A stretch of 64,000 bases of DNA from Cyanophora paradoxa CCMP329 (Eukaryota; Plantae; Glaucophyta). Shown here piece by piece: positions 33,548 through 46,093 of the stretch. Numbering within the stretch: the first letter of the stretch is position 1; each line of letters begins with the position of its first letter. The stretch covers positions 248,001 to 312,000 of the forward strand of contig QPMI01000101.1 in NCBI GenBank assembly GCA_004431415.1, in the 5' to 3' direction. Below the pieces are notes generated by a model. The model saw only the letters and a program-made list of their open reading frames with translations, made no database searches and was not told the origin of the DNA. The position numbers and the translations under genes are program-made.

Positions 33548-36500
33548 TCAGGGGAGGGCGCTGGGATCGGACGCGACGTGCAGGGGGGAGAACTCGACGT
33601 GGTGGCTGGGGGGGAGCGGGGCCTCCGGGAAGGTGTAAGGGGCGGGGGATGGCGAGGGTACGGCGACAACGGCGGCGGCCGCTGCCGCGGCGACGGTCAC
33701 GGGACGGATGGTCGAGCCCTGGCGGTCCCGCAGGTGCGCGTTGTGTATGGAAACCTGCATCGAAAGAACCTGGGGGAGGGGGGGGGAGCGTGAGGGGGTG
33801 CGTGGGTCGCGCGGGGGGAAAGAGGGGGCACCTGGGAGAGCATGGAGGTGACGCGGGCCATTGAGTCCTCGAGGCCGGCGACGCGGCGCTCGAGCCCGAC
33901 GAGCGCCGCCGCCGCCGCCGCCGAGCCGCCGCCCCCGCCGCTCGAGGCGCTCGAGGAGCCCTCGTCCCACTCCTCCTCCTCCGCGGGGGGCGCCCTGGAG
34001 CGCATGCTCTCGCCGGCGCCGCCGGCGCCCTCGCCGAGCAGCGACTCGAGGGCGGAGGCGTCGGATGCGAAGGAGGCGTTCGAGTCGCGGCGGGGCCGCG
34101 GGCTCGCCAGCGGCCGCGCGTGCGTGATCGACACGTCCCGCGCCACGTCCCGCAGCAGCTGCACCGCCGTCAGCTCTGCGTCCAAGTCAGCTCGGCGTGG
34201 GAGAAACAAGGGGCTGGGGGGGGCGCGCCGCGGCGGCTCCGGCGGCCCCGGACGGAGGCGCGCTCGGCAGGGCGGGGCTCGGGCCCTCGGCCGGCGGGGG
34301 CGGGGGCGGGGGCGGGGCCGGCGCGGAGGTCAGGGGCGGCGGGTCGCGGCCGGGGACAACGCCGGGGGGTCGAGGAGGAGGAGGGCGCGGCGGGCAGGTG
34401 GGAGGGGGCGGGGAGGGCGGGTTACACGCGAAGGAGAGGGCAGGCGCGATGGACGCCGCTGGCTTGCCCAGCGAGGGCCGCCGCCCGGCCGCGCCCAGCC
34501 CGGGCGCCCCGGCGGGGGCACCGCCGCCGCCGCTGCGCTCCCACGCCCCCTCGGGCGGCGCCTGCCGCACGGGCGATGCCGGCCGGGGCGTCCCGTCGGG
34601 CCCGGCAGCGAGGGCACCGGCTCCTGGCCCCCCTCGCCGCCCCCTCGAAGGCAGCGCGCTGGGGGCCCAGCGAGAGCCGCCGGGCCGAGCCCGTCCCGCC
34701 CGCCGGCGACTTGGCCATAGCCGGCACGGGCGCCGGCGCCGTCGCCTCGTCCCCCCTCCCCGGGCGCGGCGGCGGCGGCGGCGGCGGCCGCGCCCAGCGT
34801 CTTCTTCCGGCCGCTGACGTGGCGCCCCTCCTCGGTGCGCTTGCGGCCGGCGACGGCGCCGGCGCCGCGCTCCAGCATGCGGGCGCCCAGCGTCGCGATG
34901 TCGTCCCGCACCTGCTGGAGCGGCGCGTGAGAGCCGCTCGAAGAGAGGGGCGCCCAAGGCGGGCCCGCCCAAGGCGGGCCTTCGAGAGCGCCGAGGCGAC
35001 GTCGTCGTAGTCGCGGGAGAGGCGGTCCCCCCGCCTCTTGATGACCTTCGCGTTAGAAGAGGGTTGGGTCAGAGAGGTGGCGCGCGGGGGGAAAGAGAGA
35101 CGGCGGGGAAGGGGGGTACGTGCAGGCGAACCTTCCAGGTCTGGACGACGGAGGCGAGGGCGAGAAATCGGTCGCGGAGGGCGCTCTTGCGGGCCTGAAT
35201 GTACTGCCGCCGCTGCTCCGCGGTCGCCGTCGGGCCCAGCGCCGCCTCCGCCACCGACTCGACGCGGCTCCCCACCCGCGCGTGGAACTCCCGCAGCTGC
35301 CGCGCGGGTCAGAGGCGAGCGGGGTGACAGAGATAAGAGAGAGAGAGAGAGAGAGAGAGGTGAAGAGGGCGGGCCTTGGCGCGGGTGCGCTGGTGGGCGC
35401 GCCACATGGTCTGGATGGCGCGGGCGGCGGCCTCCTGGAGGGCGAGGCGCCAGCGGTCCTTGGTGCACTGGTACACGAAGAGGCGCTCGCCCCGCGTGAG
35501 GTACGTGTGCTGGATCACCACCGCCGTGAAGAGCGCGATCACAGTCTGCCCGCCCGCACGCCCCGCCGCCGCCGTCAGATGGCGGCCCCGTGAGACGCCC
35601 CGCATTCGAGCATTGCAGGACTGGAGCATTAGGGGATTCGAAGAGTTCGGGAGGCTAGGGGAGCTCGTACGCCAGAGGCGGGGCGCGGCCGCAGGCGCTC
35701 AAAGCGAGCGCACTTGTCCCGTGAAGATGGTTAGGACCTGCCGCCCGCGCGCCGCCGCGTCGGTCGGTGCACGCGGGGCTCGGGGGGCCGAGGGGCCGCG
35801 GCGCGTACCAAAATCATGCGGCCCGCGTGGGACAGAGGCATGACGTCACCTGCGGGAGCGGAGAGGAGGCGCGGAGTGAGGCGCGGGAGGCAGCTGCGGA
35901 CGCCAGGGCGCGGGGGGCCCACCGTATCCGACCTGCGGAACGAGGGGTGAGCACGCGGGGGGCTGGAGTGGGCGGGCAGGCGGGGCCGCACGGTGGTTAT
36001 GGATGCATAGACGAGCCACATGGCGTCGAGGAAGGTGCGCACGTCGCCGTCCGCCGCCCGCTCGAAGGACCAGAGGGTGTAGGAGGCCGTCAGGAAGATC
36101 TGCGGGGGCGTCGGCCCCGCCGGCGCGCAGCTTCGCCGGAGCACGCTCGAGCTCGACGCTAGCGCAGCTAAGGCCAAGCTCGGCTTGACCCCCCTCGGCT
36201 CCGCCTGGGGTCGAGTGCGCGTCTCGTCTGGCTCGGGGGGGCGCACGGTGAGGAAGCCGCCGGCGAGGAGCTCGAAGGGCCGCTCCTGCATGGCCGTCTT
36301 CACCGTGAAGGGCGTGCTCAGCTCGATGTCGTTCAGTGCTGCGCGCGCCCTCCCCTCAGGGCGGGGCGCGCGGCGCGGAGGGCGGGGGCGGGGCGCGTGC
36401 CCGCGTAAAAGTGCGTAACTGCGGCGCCGGCCGGCGGCGAGCGGTGAGGCGCCGGGTGGCGAGAGGGGGTGGGATGGAGTGGGGGGTACAGGCGCACGCG

Positions 36501-37533
36501 GGTGGCGCCAGTACCAGTCCCGGAAGACGCGAAGCAGCACGTAGAGCCGCGCGAACATACTGCGGGGGGGCATGGGCGGAGGCGATGTCGAAAAGGGGTG
36601 TGAGGAGGGGGTACAAGAGCTGGATCCAGTTGAGGTTGCGGGGCAGCTCGGGGCGGGGGGCGCCGGCGCCCTGCGATGCGAGGGCCGTCTGCTCGCTCCA
36701 CCAGGCCTCGCAGTAGGGGGGCACGTGGAAGGCCAGCACCAGCGCCTCCAGCAGGAAGCGGTACCGGAGGGGCCCCCACGAGGCCACCGTCTCTGCCCGG
36801 CTCCCGCTGTCGCGCTCGGAGCGGGCGCGAGAGCGGGCGGGCGGGCGGACCGTCGTCGAGCGCGAGGTTCTTGAGCTTCGCGATGGCGAGGCGCCACCCG
36901 TAGGAGGCGTGCAGAGCGGCGAGGCACGCCACGGTCGACGCGGAGATGGCCGCGCGCACCGCCTCCGACGCCACGCTCACGCGACCGCCCCCCGCCTCCT
37001 GCACCTCGTTCTGCGCCGGCGGCTCAGGCGGCGGAAGGCGCGCGCGCCGGGCGTGCGGCGGTGTGTGTGCGCGCCTGAGCGACCATGAGCGCGAGCCCGA
37101 TGAGCGCCCAGCCGGCCGTCCAGGTGTTCGCCACCCGGAGGCGCTGCCTGTAGACGTACATCGAGCTAGGCGGCTCGGCCGGGGCGCCGCCCTTCCTGCT
37201 CGCCAGCTTGTGCCGCAGCTTGACGGAGAAGAGCGCAGAGATGAAGTCGCCGCCGATCCAGTGCCGCAGCCGCTTCCGCCGTGCGTGCCGCTCCTCAGCC
37301 GGCGGGCCGGGGGCGTCCACGACCCTGCGCCCGATCAGCAGCTGGCGCTCACAGCAGCGCCTGAGCGATGAGCGCACGTCGCACGCTGCGGACGGGGGCG
37401 TCAGGGAATAGCGGAGACCTGTTGCGAGGGCAGCCGCTACCTTGGTCGTGGCCTTCCGCTTCACTCCATTCCCTGCTGCAGCCGGCCACTGCACGGTAAA
37501 TGCAGCCTCGGGCTTTCTCACCTCTGCCGTCAT
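33548..37533 (-). CDS. SK/KCNN-like potassium channel with a C-terminal IQ (calmodulin-binding) motif
   Basis: Spliced S4-like MFARLYVLLRVFRD, linker ALNDIELSTPFTVKT, pore FLDAMWLVYASITT|VGYG|DVMP, S6 VIALFTAVV, IQ motif AAARAIQTMWRAHQR. Confidence 0.88.
35336..35359. repeat. (GA)n microsatellite in a channel intron
   Basis: About 12 GA units. Confidence 0.85.
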
Positions 37534-38179
37534 GGGATCGGCGACCAAGTATGCTAGAGCAAGCGCTGCACGACCCGGTGGTTCCAGCGCTTAGCTTTGC
37601 ATCTACGGGAGGCAGATCAACCGCCTGCGCCCTTTAGAAACATCAACTCGCTGCTGGTTGACAAACTCCTGTTTTTGTTCCGCGGCTAGCACTGGCTTTT
37701 GTTGGTATGCGCAATGCTGCTACGAGCTCAATGATTTCGAGGCAGCTGGCCGCCGAGGCGCTGCCGCCTTTTGGGGTATCAAGATCTCCTTCGTTCGGTG
37801 CAGCGGACGAAGAGGGGTAAGTGCGATTGGGGTACAGATTGCAGTAGGCGCGGCCTGAGGCATTTCAGAATCGATGCTAACTGTACCCCCGGACCCACTC
37901 AGCGTCGCGCGGTCCTGCCCGTTGCCGTTGTCGCCGTGACGGGCTACCGGTCAACAACATCTCGTTATCCAAGCCCACACACGTAGCCAGCCGAGGATCT
38001 GGTTTCGTGGCGACCTCTGCGTCCGACCTTCCGCCCGCGTTTCAGCGTTGCAGCCTCTGAGCGACCTCTGCGTTCAGCTGTGATGCCAGCCAGGTATCGT
38101 GTGCCTCGCGCCTTTCGTCCCGCCAAACTTACGAGCCCCGCAGAACGCACCGCGTTGATCGACACGAGGCGATAGATAG

Positions 38180-41100
38180 ATGAAGCCGCCTGGTCCGCCT
38201 CAGCAGCCGGGCTTCGGCCCGGCCGCTGTGCCTGGCGGGCCGCCCGGCTACAGTCTTCCGGGGGCTCCGCCACCATTCCAGGGTCCTCGCAATGCTGCAC
38301 AGGCACAAGCGATTGCCAATGTACAGCGTAGCGGTGGCGTCGTCATGGTAGACCGCGCTGGCAACCTTTGGGCCGCTCCCCGCGGCTCCCACGCGGCCCT
38401 CATGGCGCAGCGGCAAGCCGCTTCGATGCAAGGGGCGATTCCAGGCCAATCTCCGGTGCGCTGGATCAAATCGATCTGTCCTCGTCCGCTGACCAAGGGC
38501 GCCATTGTTACGGCAGATGGCGATGTCGCTGGGGGGCGGCGGCGCGGCCGGCTGGGCTCCGCAGGGCCATCATGGCCAGCCTTTCTACCCGAACGTTCAG
38601 ATGTATCAGCAGTTCACCACCGGCGGCGCCCCGCCCGGCGCGGCGTACGTCACCGGCGGCGCCGGCGAGCACTTCGGCCCGCACGAAGGCAACGCGGGGG
38701 TGTACAGCCAGCCGCAGTACCCCCGGTTCCACATGGCGCAGGTGCCTGGCATGGGCATGGCTGGCGGCGCGCAGTTCGGCGGGCCGGGGGCGGCGGCGAT
38801 GGGGCAGGTTCCCCAGCAGCGGGGTCCCATGCAGGCGGCCGTGCAGGAGGAGATGATGGGCGCCATGATGGGCCCGCCGTCGGTCGCCCCCGCCGCGCAG
38901 ATGTACAGCGGAGCGCCGCCGGGGGGCCCGGTCTACGGGGCCGCTCCGCAGGCCATGCCCAGGCCCTTCTTGCCCCCGAGCCTGCCCGTCCCGGAGATGC
39001 CCGCTCCTCCACCGCTTCCGCCCGTCCAGGCGCAGCACCCGCCGCCGGCCCCGCCGCCCCCGCAGCCGGCGCCGGCGCTGCCGCCTCCGGAGGCGGCGGC
39101 GCCCGTGGAGGGCCTCTTCGGGGGCGGCTTCAGCGAGGGAGCGGACCTCGAGCTGCCTGCCGGCGAGGACGCGACCGCCTTCGCCAACTCGTGCTTCGTG
39201 CGCCGCCCTCCGCGCCCCGCCCACCGCCCGCCGCCCCTCGCCGCCGCCGCCTTCTCTCGTCTGGGACCGACGCGCCCGCCGCAGATCGACGAACTCGAAG
39301 ACGAGGGCGACGATTCGGGCGCCGCCCCCGCCCCCACCCCGGCAGCGGCGGCGGGCACGGCCGCCGCCTCGGGCTCGGCCCCTGCGCCGGGCGGCGGCCC
39401 CCGCGCCGCCCCCTTCGCCCCGCAGGCGCAGGCGCCCCAACTCCCGCCCCAGCACCTCTCCGGCCCTCCCTCGCCATCTCCCAGCCCGGCCCCTCCGGCA
39501 ACCACGGCGGCCATTTCGCGCAGGTCACGCCGTCGTTCCTACCACCCCCCGCCCCGCTGCCGCCCGTCCCCGCCCCGGCCCTCGGCCCCGCGGCCGCTGC
39601 GGCCGGCGCGCCTTCCCTTCCTTCCCGGCCGGCGCGTCGGCCCCGCCCGTCCCGGCGCTCCCGCGCCCGCTGCCTGCGGTCTTGCCGGGTGCCCCGCCGC
39701 TACCTGCTCCAGGGGCGCGCAGCAGCAGCCGCAGCAGCAGATGCCGGCGCTAGCCGCCACGCGCGCCCCGAAGCCGTCTGCGCCGGCAGCTGCGCGCCCG
39801 GCGACGGCGCAGGCGAGCGGCGGCGGGCCGGGGCAGCCCCGCGGTCAGAAGCGCGCCGCCCGAGCGAGGGCGGGCGCGAGGCAAAGCGACAGGAGCCAGG
39901 ACAGGTGCGACCCCCCCCCCCCCCCCGCGCCGCCTGGGCCGCTTGCCGCGCTCAGCGCCGCGCCCGCGCAGCGGAATGGCCTGCCCGCGCCGCCCTCCGC
40001 CGTGGCCGGCGCCCCCCAAGGCCCTGCCGCGCCAACGGCCGCTCCTTCTGCGCCCGGCGGCTCCAGCACGGCTCCCGCGGTCAAGGCCATGCCACCTCCC
40101 TTCCTCCCGCCCCCTCCGCCGGCGCCCTTGTCCCAGCCGCCGGCAAAGGTCGTCCCCGTCGTCACCCCCGGCCCGCGCTCCGGAGTCGCCTCAACCGCCT
40201 CCGCACACTCGGCCCCGGCCGGCCCGGCCCGGACGCTGCGGGGCCGGGCAGCCCTCCCGCGTCGTCCGCGTCCCGAGCCCCGCGCCCGGCGGGCCGCCCC
40301 GCACCACCTCTCGAGGCCCCCGCCGCCCCCTACAACGGCCCTGCGCCGCCGGCGGCGGCTCCGGCGGCCGCGGCGGCGACGTCAGCAGCAGCGGCGACGG
40401 CACCGGCGGCGGCGGCGGCGGCGGCGGCTCCGGCGGCCGGGGAAGCGGAAGGAGGGGAGGAGGAGGCGGACGTGAAGAAGGAGGAAAAGAAGGCGGGTGC
40501 GAAGGAGGACGAGGAGGAGGCCAAGGAGAAGGGCGGCGAGGGCGGCGGCGAGGGCGAGGAGGCGGAGGAGGATGAGGAGGAGGAGAACTCGAAGTACCGG
40601 CACCAGGTCTCCTTCGGGATGATGAGCACGACGCTCGTCTCGCCGATCCGCTACGCGGTGGAGGCGGACGCGAGGCGGGCGACGAACGTGCTCCGGGTGG
40701 CGATGCAGGGGCGGGCGGTGGACGGGAGCCGCTCGAACCGGCTCCACTTCGAGGAGAGCTTCAAGGACTACGAGGGCGCGCGCTGGCTCGCGGACATGGA
40801 GGCCGTCAACCTGGGCCACAGGGGCGTCGAGCGGCTCCGCCTCAAGGTCCACACCTCGGCCTACCAGATCCTCCACGGCCTCTTCGCCGTCACCTACCGC
40901 TTCCTCTCGGGGCACGAGGCCCTGCGGAAGGTGCTCCCCGAGCCCGACGAGGGGCGGGGTGAGGGCGAGATGGACGTCGACGACCGCTACGTCTACGTCT
41001 ACCGCGAGGCCCTCCTCGACTACTGGCTCTCCAGCTCCCGCCGCCGCACCCAGCGCAAGTCCGGCCCCGCCCCCTCCCCCGCCGCTGCCCCCGGCGGCAG

Positions 41101-42934
41101 CGGCGCCTCCGCGGGGGAGGCCTCCGCCGTGCCCCCCGTGCTGGGCGTCGACGTCCCCCCGCGCGAGCTCGCCGCGGCGCTGGAGGCGGAGGGCGGGGAG
41201 GACGTGCGGCGGGCGCGGGCGCTGCTCGGCAACGCCGCGGCGGCCGCCGAGGTGTACCGGGCCGCCAGCATCGCGCTCTACGTGGGGCCGATGGAGCGCT
41301 ACCCGGCGGCCAAGGAGGAGGAGCTGCGCAAGCACATCCAGACGCTCGAGCTCTCCGACCGCGTCCTCCACGCCAGCAGCGGCTCCGACTGGTGGCGCTT
41401 CCTCACCCGCCTCTCCTCCGACCGCGCCTTCAAGCGCCACTCCTCCTTCTCCGCCGAGGACCTCGCCGACGTGATGGTACACCCCACCGCCTGCTCCGCT
41501 CGCTCTTCCGTGCCCTCATATATTCGCTCGCACGCAGAGCTACGTCTCCTCTCCCGAGTCGGTCTCCGCGGCGCGCCGCCGCGGGATCGCCCTCAAAGCC
41601 CTCAAGACCTGCGCGCGGTGCGTGCCGCCCGGCCCGGCGCGGGCCCCTCCCCCTCACCTGCGTACGCAGCTGGTGGCTCTCCGACGATGACGGTGGCGAG
41701 GCGGGCGCCAGGGAGGGGCCGGCGCCGCCGCCCGCGCAGGGGGCGCGCGGGGCGCCCTCCGCTGGCGACGTCAAGAAGGAGAGCGGGTGCGGGCCCCTGG
41801 GCTCCTCTCCTCTCTGTGCGGCCGGCGCTCAACGGCCGGGGGGCGCAGGACGCCGCCGAGGCGGGAGGCCCCGGGGTCGCTCCTCTCGCCGGCGCCCTCG
41901 GCCGGCGGGCCCGACACGCCCAAGCCCGAGACGCCGCTCGCCAAGGATGGGGAGGAGCAGGAGACGCGGCGCTCGCTGCGCCTCAAGAAGCTGCTCTCGG
42001 GGTGGAAGAAGGGGACGGGGAAGCTGACGGGGACGACGTACAAGGTGGGGAAGAGGGCGCACGTGGTGCGGCTGACGGCGCTGGGGACCGTCAAGTACGT
42101 CGAGTACGGGATGAAGGGGCCCAAGTCGGCCCGCGAGGAGGCCCGCGGCCACGAGCTCCTCGACGCCGCCAAGGCTCGCGAGCCCCCCCCGCCCCCGCCC
42201 CGCCCCTCTTCCCTCTCCTCACGCCCTCCCTCCCGAAGGTGCTGCTCTTCGTGGAGGCGCGGGCGCGGTGGCCCGAGCCCGGGCGCTGGCCTGGCAAGGG
42301 CGAGAAGTGGCCGGAGCCGCAGCTCTCGCGGGACGCGGACGAGTACAAGGAGCGGCCCTGGTTCAAGCGGCTCCTCAAGGAGGACCCCATCGCGAAGTAC
42401 CGGGCGCTGATCGCGGAGAAGGTGGCGCGCCCGGGGAGCCTCACGCGGGAGGAGGAGGAGAGCGTGCGGGACGCGCTCACCGAAGTCCTCTTCTTCGCCC
42501 GCCGCCACCTCGACGCCGAGGCCGAGGCCGAGGCCGAGGCCGAGGCCCCCGACTCCTCCCCCTCCGACGCCGACCCCGATGCCCCCGCCCACTCCAAGCC
42601 CGCCTTTGACGCCCCCGCCTCCTCTTCCACCTCCCCCGCCGCCGAGGGGCCGCTCCCCGCCCGCCGGCCCAGCTCCTCCGCGGAGGGCGAGGCCGACGAC
42701 GAGGAGGAGGAGCCCGGCGCGGCCTCCAGCAGCGCCGGCCCCTCAAGCCCCAAGCCCTCCCGCCCGCCGCCGGCGCCGGGGCCGGCGGCAGCGGCCCCGG
42801 CAGCGGCGGCAGCAGCGGACGGGGAGGAAGACTCGGAGGAGTCCGAGGAGCCGTCTGAGGACGAGGGGATCAAATCCGCGTCGGACCGATCTGGGGCCTC
42901 GGCCCGCGATGAGGAGGACGAGGAAGACGACGAG

Positions 42935-42966
<32 letters not shown>

Positions 42967-44087
42967 GGAGGAGGAGGAGGATTCGGACGAGGAAGGGAGC
43001 ACTAAGGGTGCGCGGCGGGGAGGGTGGGCGACGGGGCGCGCGGGGCCGGCAGGGCGCCTCTGACTGCTCCGCAGCCGACGAGGGGCCCGCGAGCGAAGCG
43101 CCGGTGAAGCGGAAGCGCGGGCGGCCGCCGGGCTCGGGCCGGGGCGGGGCGGCCGCCGGGCCGGGGCCGGGGCCGGGGCCGGGGTCGGGGCCGGGGCCGG
43201 AGGACCACCTCGGGGACGAGGCCCACGAAGAGGGGCCCGAGGAGGGTGCGTGTCCGTCCCGCCCGCCTCCCCCCGAACCCCCGCGCTCACGCGCCCCGCC
43301 CGCCTGGCGCAGACGGCGACGGCAGCTCGCCCCCGCGAAGCGCGGGCGGGGCCGGGGCCGGGGCCGGGGCCGAGGCCGGGGCCGGGTCGGGGGCCGGGGA
43401 GGGCGCCCCACGCGGCCCGCGAGCGGGGAGAACGAGTCGCAGCCGGACGGCTCGCCCGACGCGCCGCCGCCTCCCAGGCGGGGCCGGGGCCGCCCCCGCA
43501 AGAACCCCCCGGGGCCCGAGCCACGCCGAGGCCAAGGCCCGGCGCGCCTCGGCCGTCTCGGCCGTCAGCGACGAGGCCGCCGCCAACGGTGCGTGCTGGC
43601 CGGCGCGCCCCTCGCTCGCCCCTCGCTTCGCCCGCCTCACCGCCGTCCTCGCGCAGGCTCCGGGGAGGGCCCGAGCGACGAGGAGATGGCGGCGGCGGCG
43701 CCGCCGAAGCGGGGCCGGGGCCGGCCGCCCAACCCGAAGCCGGCGCCGGGGCGGGCAGGGTCGCCGGAGGGGAGCGGGGACGAGGGGAGCCTGCAGGGGC
43801 CGCTGCCGCTGGTGGAGGCCTCGGGGGCCCTCTACTACGTGCGCCTGCGGCTCCTCACGGAGGGCTCCTCGGGGCGCGTCCTGCCGTGCCTGGTGACGCC
43901 GAGCCGGCCGCTGGAGGAGCAGCTGCTCTCCAAGGCGCGGCGGGCGTTCGGGGTGGCGGGCCCCGTGCAGGTCGTCTCGCGCTACGGGACCCCCGTGAAC
44001 CTCGGCGGCGACCTCCTCGCCGACCACGAGCACCAGTTCCTGCCCCACGCCGCCCCCGAGCGCTTCTGGGACCTCTTCCTCAAGTGA
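38180..44087 (+). CDS. Large nuclear protein: Q/P/G/M-rich N-terminus, uncharacterised globular core, acidic tracts, several AT-hooks, small folded C-terminal domain
   Basis: AT-hook cores KRKRGRPPG (about 43107), RRGRGRPRKN (about 43476) and KRGRGRPPNP (about 43707); RG repeats and poly-E. TGA at 44085-44087. Multiple introns. Confidence 0.75.
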
Positions 44088-44480
44088 CCCCCGCCCCCGC
44101 CCCCCGCCCCTTGTAGAGTTCCCCCACGCATGCGTAGCCGTAGCCCTAGATGTCCGCAGCATTTTCGATTCGCCTCTCTCGCTAGAATGATTAGAGTCGG
44201 TACTACTGCTCTTTAGCATTGCGCAGTGTGTATATTCGCGCTCCACTAGGCAAGATCTTTTGCGTTCGGTCCCTAACCATTACGGAGATGTACAACGCGC
44301 GGCACGGGGTCAAGAAGGCGGGGGGTCGGGCCGGGCCGCCGCCCAGAAGCTAACTTACAGGTGGGGTGGGGCGGGGCGTCCGGGGCGGGGGGGCAGGGGG
44401 AGCGAGCACATGGCTGAAGCGGAAGGAGGCATCAGAGGCGGGGGGCCTTTGGAAGAAAACCTAATTTAAGCTCAACGCGA

Positions 44481-45738
44481 CTAAGCGGACTGGAGCTGGT
44501 CCTGCTGGGCGCTCTGGGCCCGCGCGGCCGTGAGCATCTTCCGCAGCTGCCGGCGGGGTCAGAGGCGGGGCGGAGCGGCGCGGGAGCGGCGCGGGCGCAC
44601 ATCGGCGACGCGGCTCTCGAGGGCGGCGATGGTCTCGCTGCCGGCCTCCTGGACGGCCTGGACCTGCTGTTGGAGGAACTCGCACAGGTCTCGCGAGGCC
44701 GCCAGCTCCCGCCGCAGCTCCTTGTTCTCCCGCGCGAGCTGCTCCGGGTCGGCCTCCGCCGCCGCCTCCTCCTCGTCCGCCGCCGGCGCCGCCTCCGCCA
44801 CCACGGCGTCCGCAGCGATGTCCATCGCCGTCGCCGTCTCCGACTCGGTCGGCGAGGCGGAGAGGCGGGGCCCGCCTAGCGAGGATGTCCGCCGCTGCGG
44901 CCGCCCCGCGCGCAGCGCCGCCTGCAGCTCCGCGTTCACCAGCTTGTGCTGCGCGCCGAAGCCGCGTGCACGTGAGGCGAGAGCGTTACCGAGCGCGGGT
45001 GCGGGGCGGGTCGGCGGAGGCGCACCTGGAGGTCGTTCCAGATCTCCATATACACGCGCGAGGAGTCTTGCTGCCGCTCGCGGAGCTCATTCAGCTCCGT
45101 CTTGAGGGATTCGGCCTCCTCCCGCGCCGCGGCCGCCTCCGCCCTCGCGTCCCGCAGTGCGGACCTCAGCTGCTCGACGTCGGCAATGCCGATAGACACG
45201 TCTGATCCCAATTCCGAGGCCGGTGCCGACGCTGAGCGTCTGCGTTTTTGCATGGAGTCGGACAGAAGATAAGACGACTCGCGGGCAGGCGCGTCGCCGA
45301 GCGTGTCCAGTTCTTCGTCAGGCGCGTTTTGTTGAGGGCTAGGAGGGTTCAAATCAAGCTCCGCGACGTGGAGCCGCTTGAAGAGCGGGCTCGCGGTGGT
45401 CTGAGTGGTGCCGACGAGCTGGGCCCGGTCCGGGCTGGACGTTCCGAGCTCCAGAACCGTTCCAGAACAGTTCAGGTTCTCCAGTCCCGACATACTCGAA
45501 GGGCTGCTTCTCGTTCGGACTTCCGGACTAGTCGTTCCACGAGACTAAGATCGTATCGTTTTCGCCACTGCGATCGCTTTTCGACACTAAGAAAGGTCTT
45601 GTAAAGGCTGAGAAAGCTCGAAGTCGATCGTTGTTGCGCTGGCTGAGGGGTACTGCCCTCTCGCGACTTCGTGCGCCGCCAGCCGCTGAGCGCTTCAACG
45701 CCGGCGCCGGCGCCAGCGCTGGATAGCGCCAGCGCCAT
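44481..45738 (-). CDS. Hypothetical coiled-coil protein
   Basis: MALALSS... is spliced (GTATGT intron 45495-45419) into LVGTTQTT...; heptad-like segments EQLRSALRDARAEAAAAREEAESLKTELNELRE and LARENKELRRELAASRDLCEFLQQQV. TAG at 44481. Confidence 0.65.
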
Positions 45739-46093
45739 GCAACTCTTGCGTAGTCGACGTCGACGTCCGCAGCTAGTATATAATGCACAATAATGCTCCG
45801 AGGGTTCTTGCTTTAGATTGGGCGCGGGCGCGAGATCGAGCGTAATGGTAACGATCGTACTAACGTATATCGGTACATTCTGAAGTTCGGTTCTTTCCGC
45901 AGGTTCGGCACGACTTTTGAACGCTAACACTAACAGCGCTGCAACCCTGGGGCCGCGGGCGGCAGGCGGATCTAATAACAATATGGAGACCGTTAAACAA
46001 CCTGGCTGGCCCCTTCGGGCCGGGGCAAATGCGCCCCGAGGCCGTGAGGGTGCAGGGCAGGCGCGGGGCGCCGGGGCGCCGGGGCGGGGAGCC

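Noticed and set aside
45419-45738. Apparent second overlapping ORF pair (MALALSS...DWRT* overlapping MSGLENL...)
   Set aside because: A 77-nt GTATGT...CCCAG intron (45495-45419) joins them in frame into one gene.
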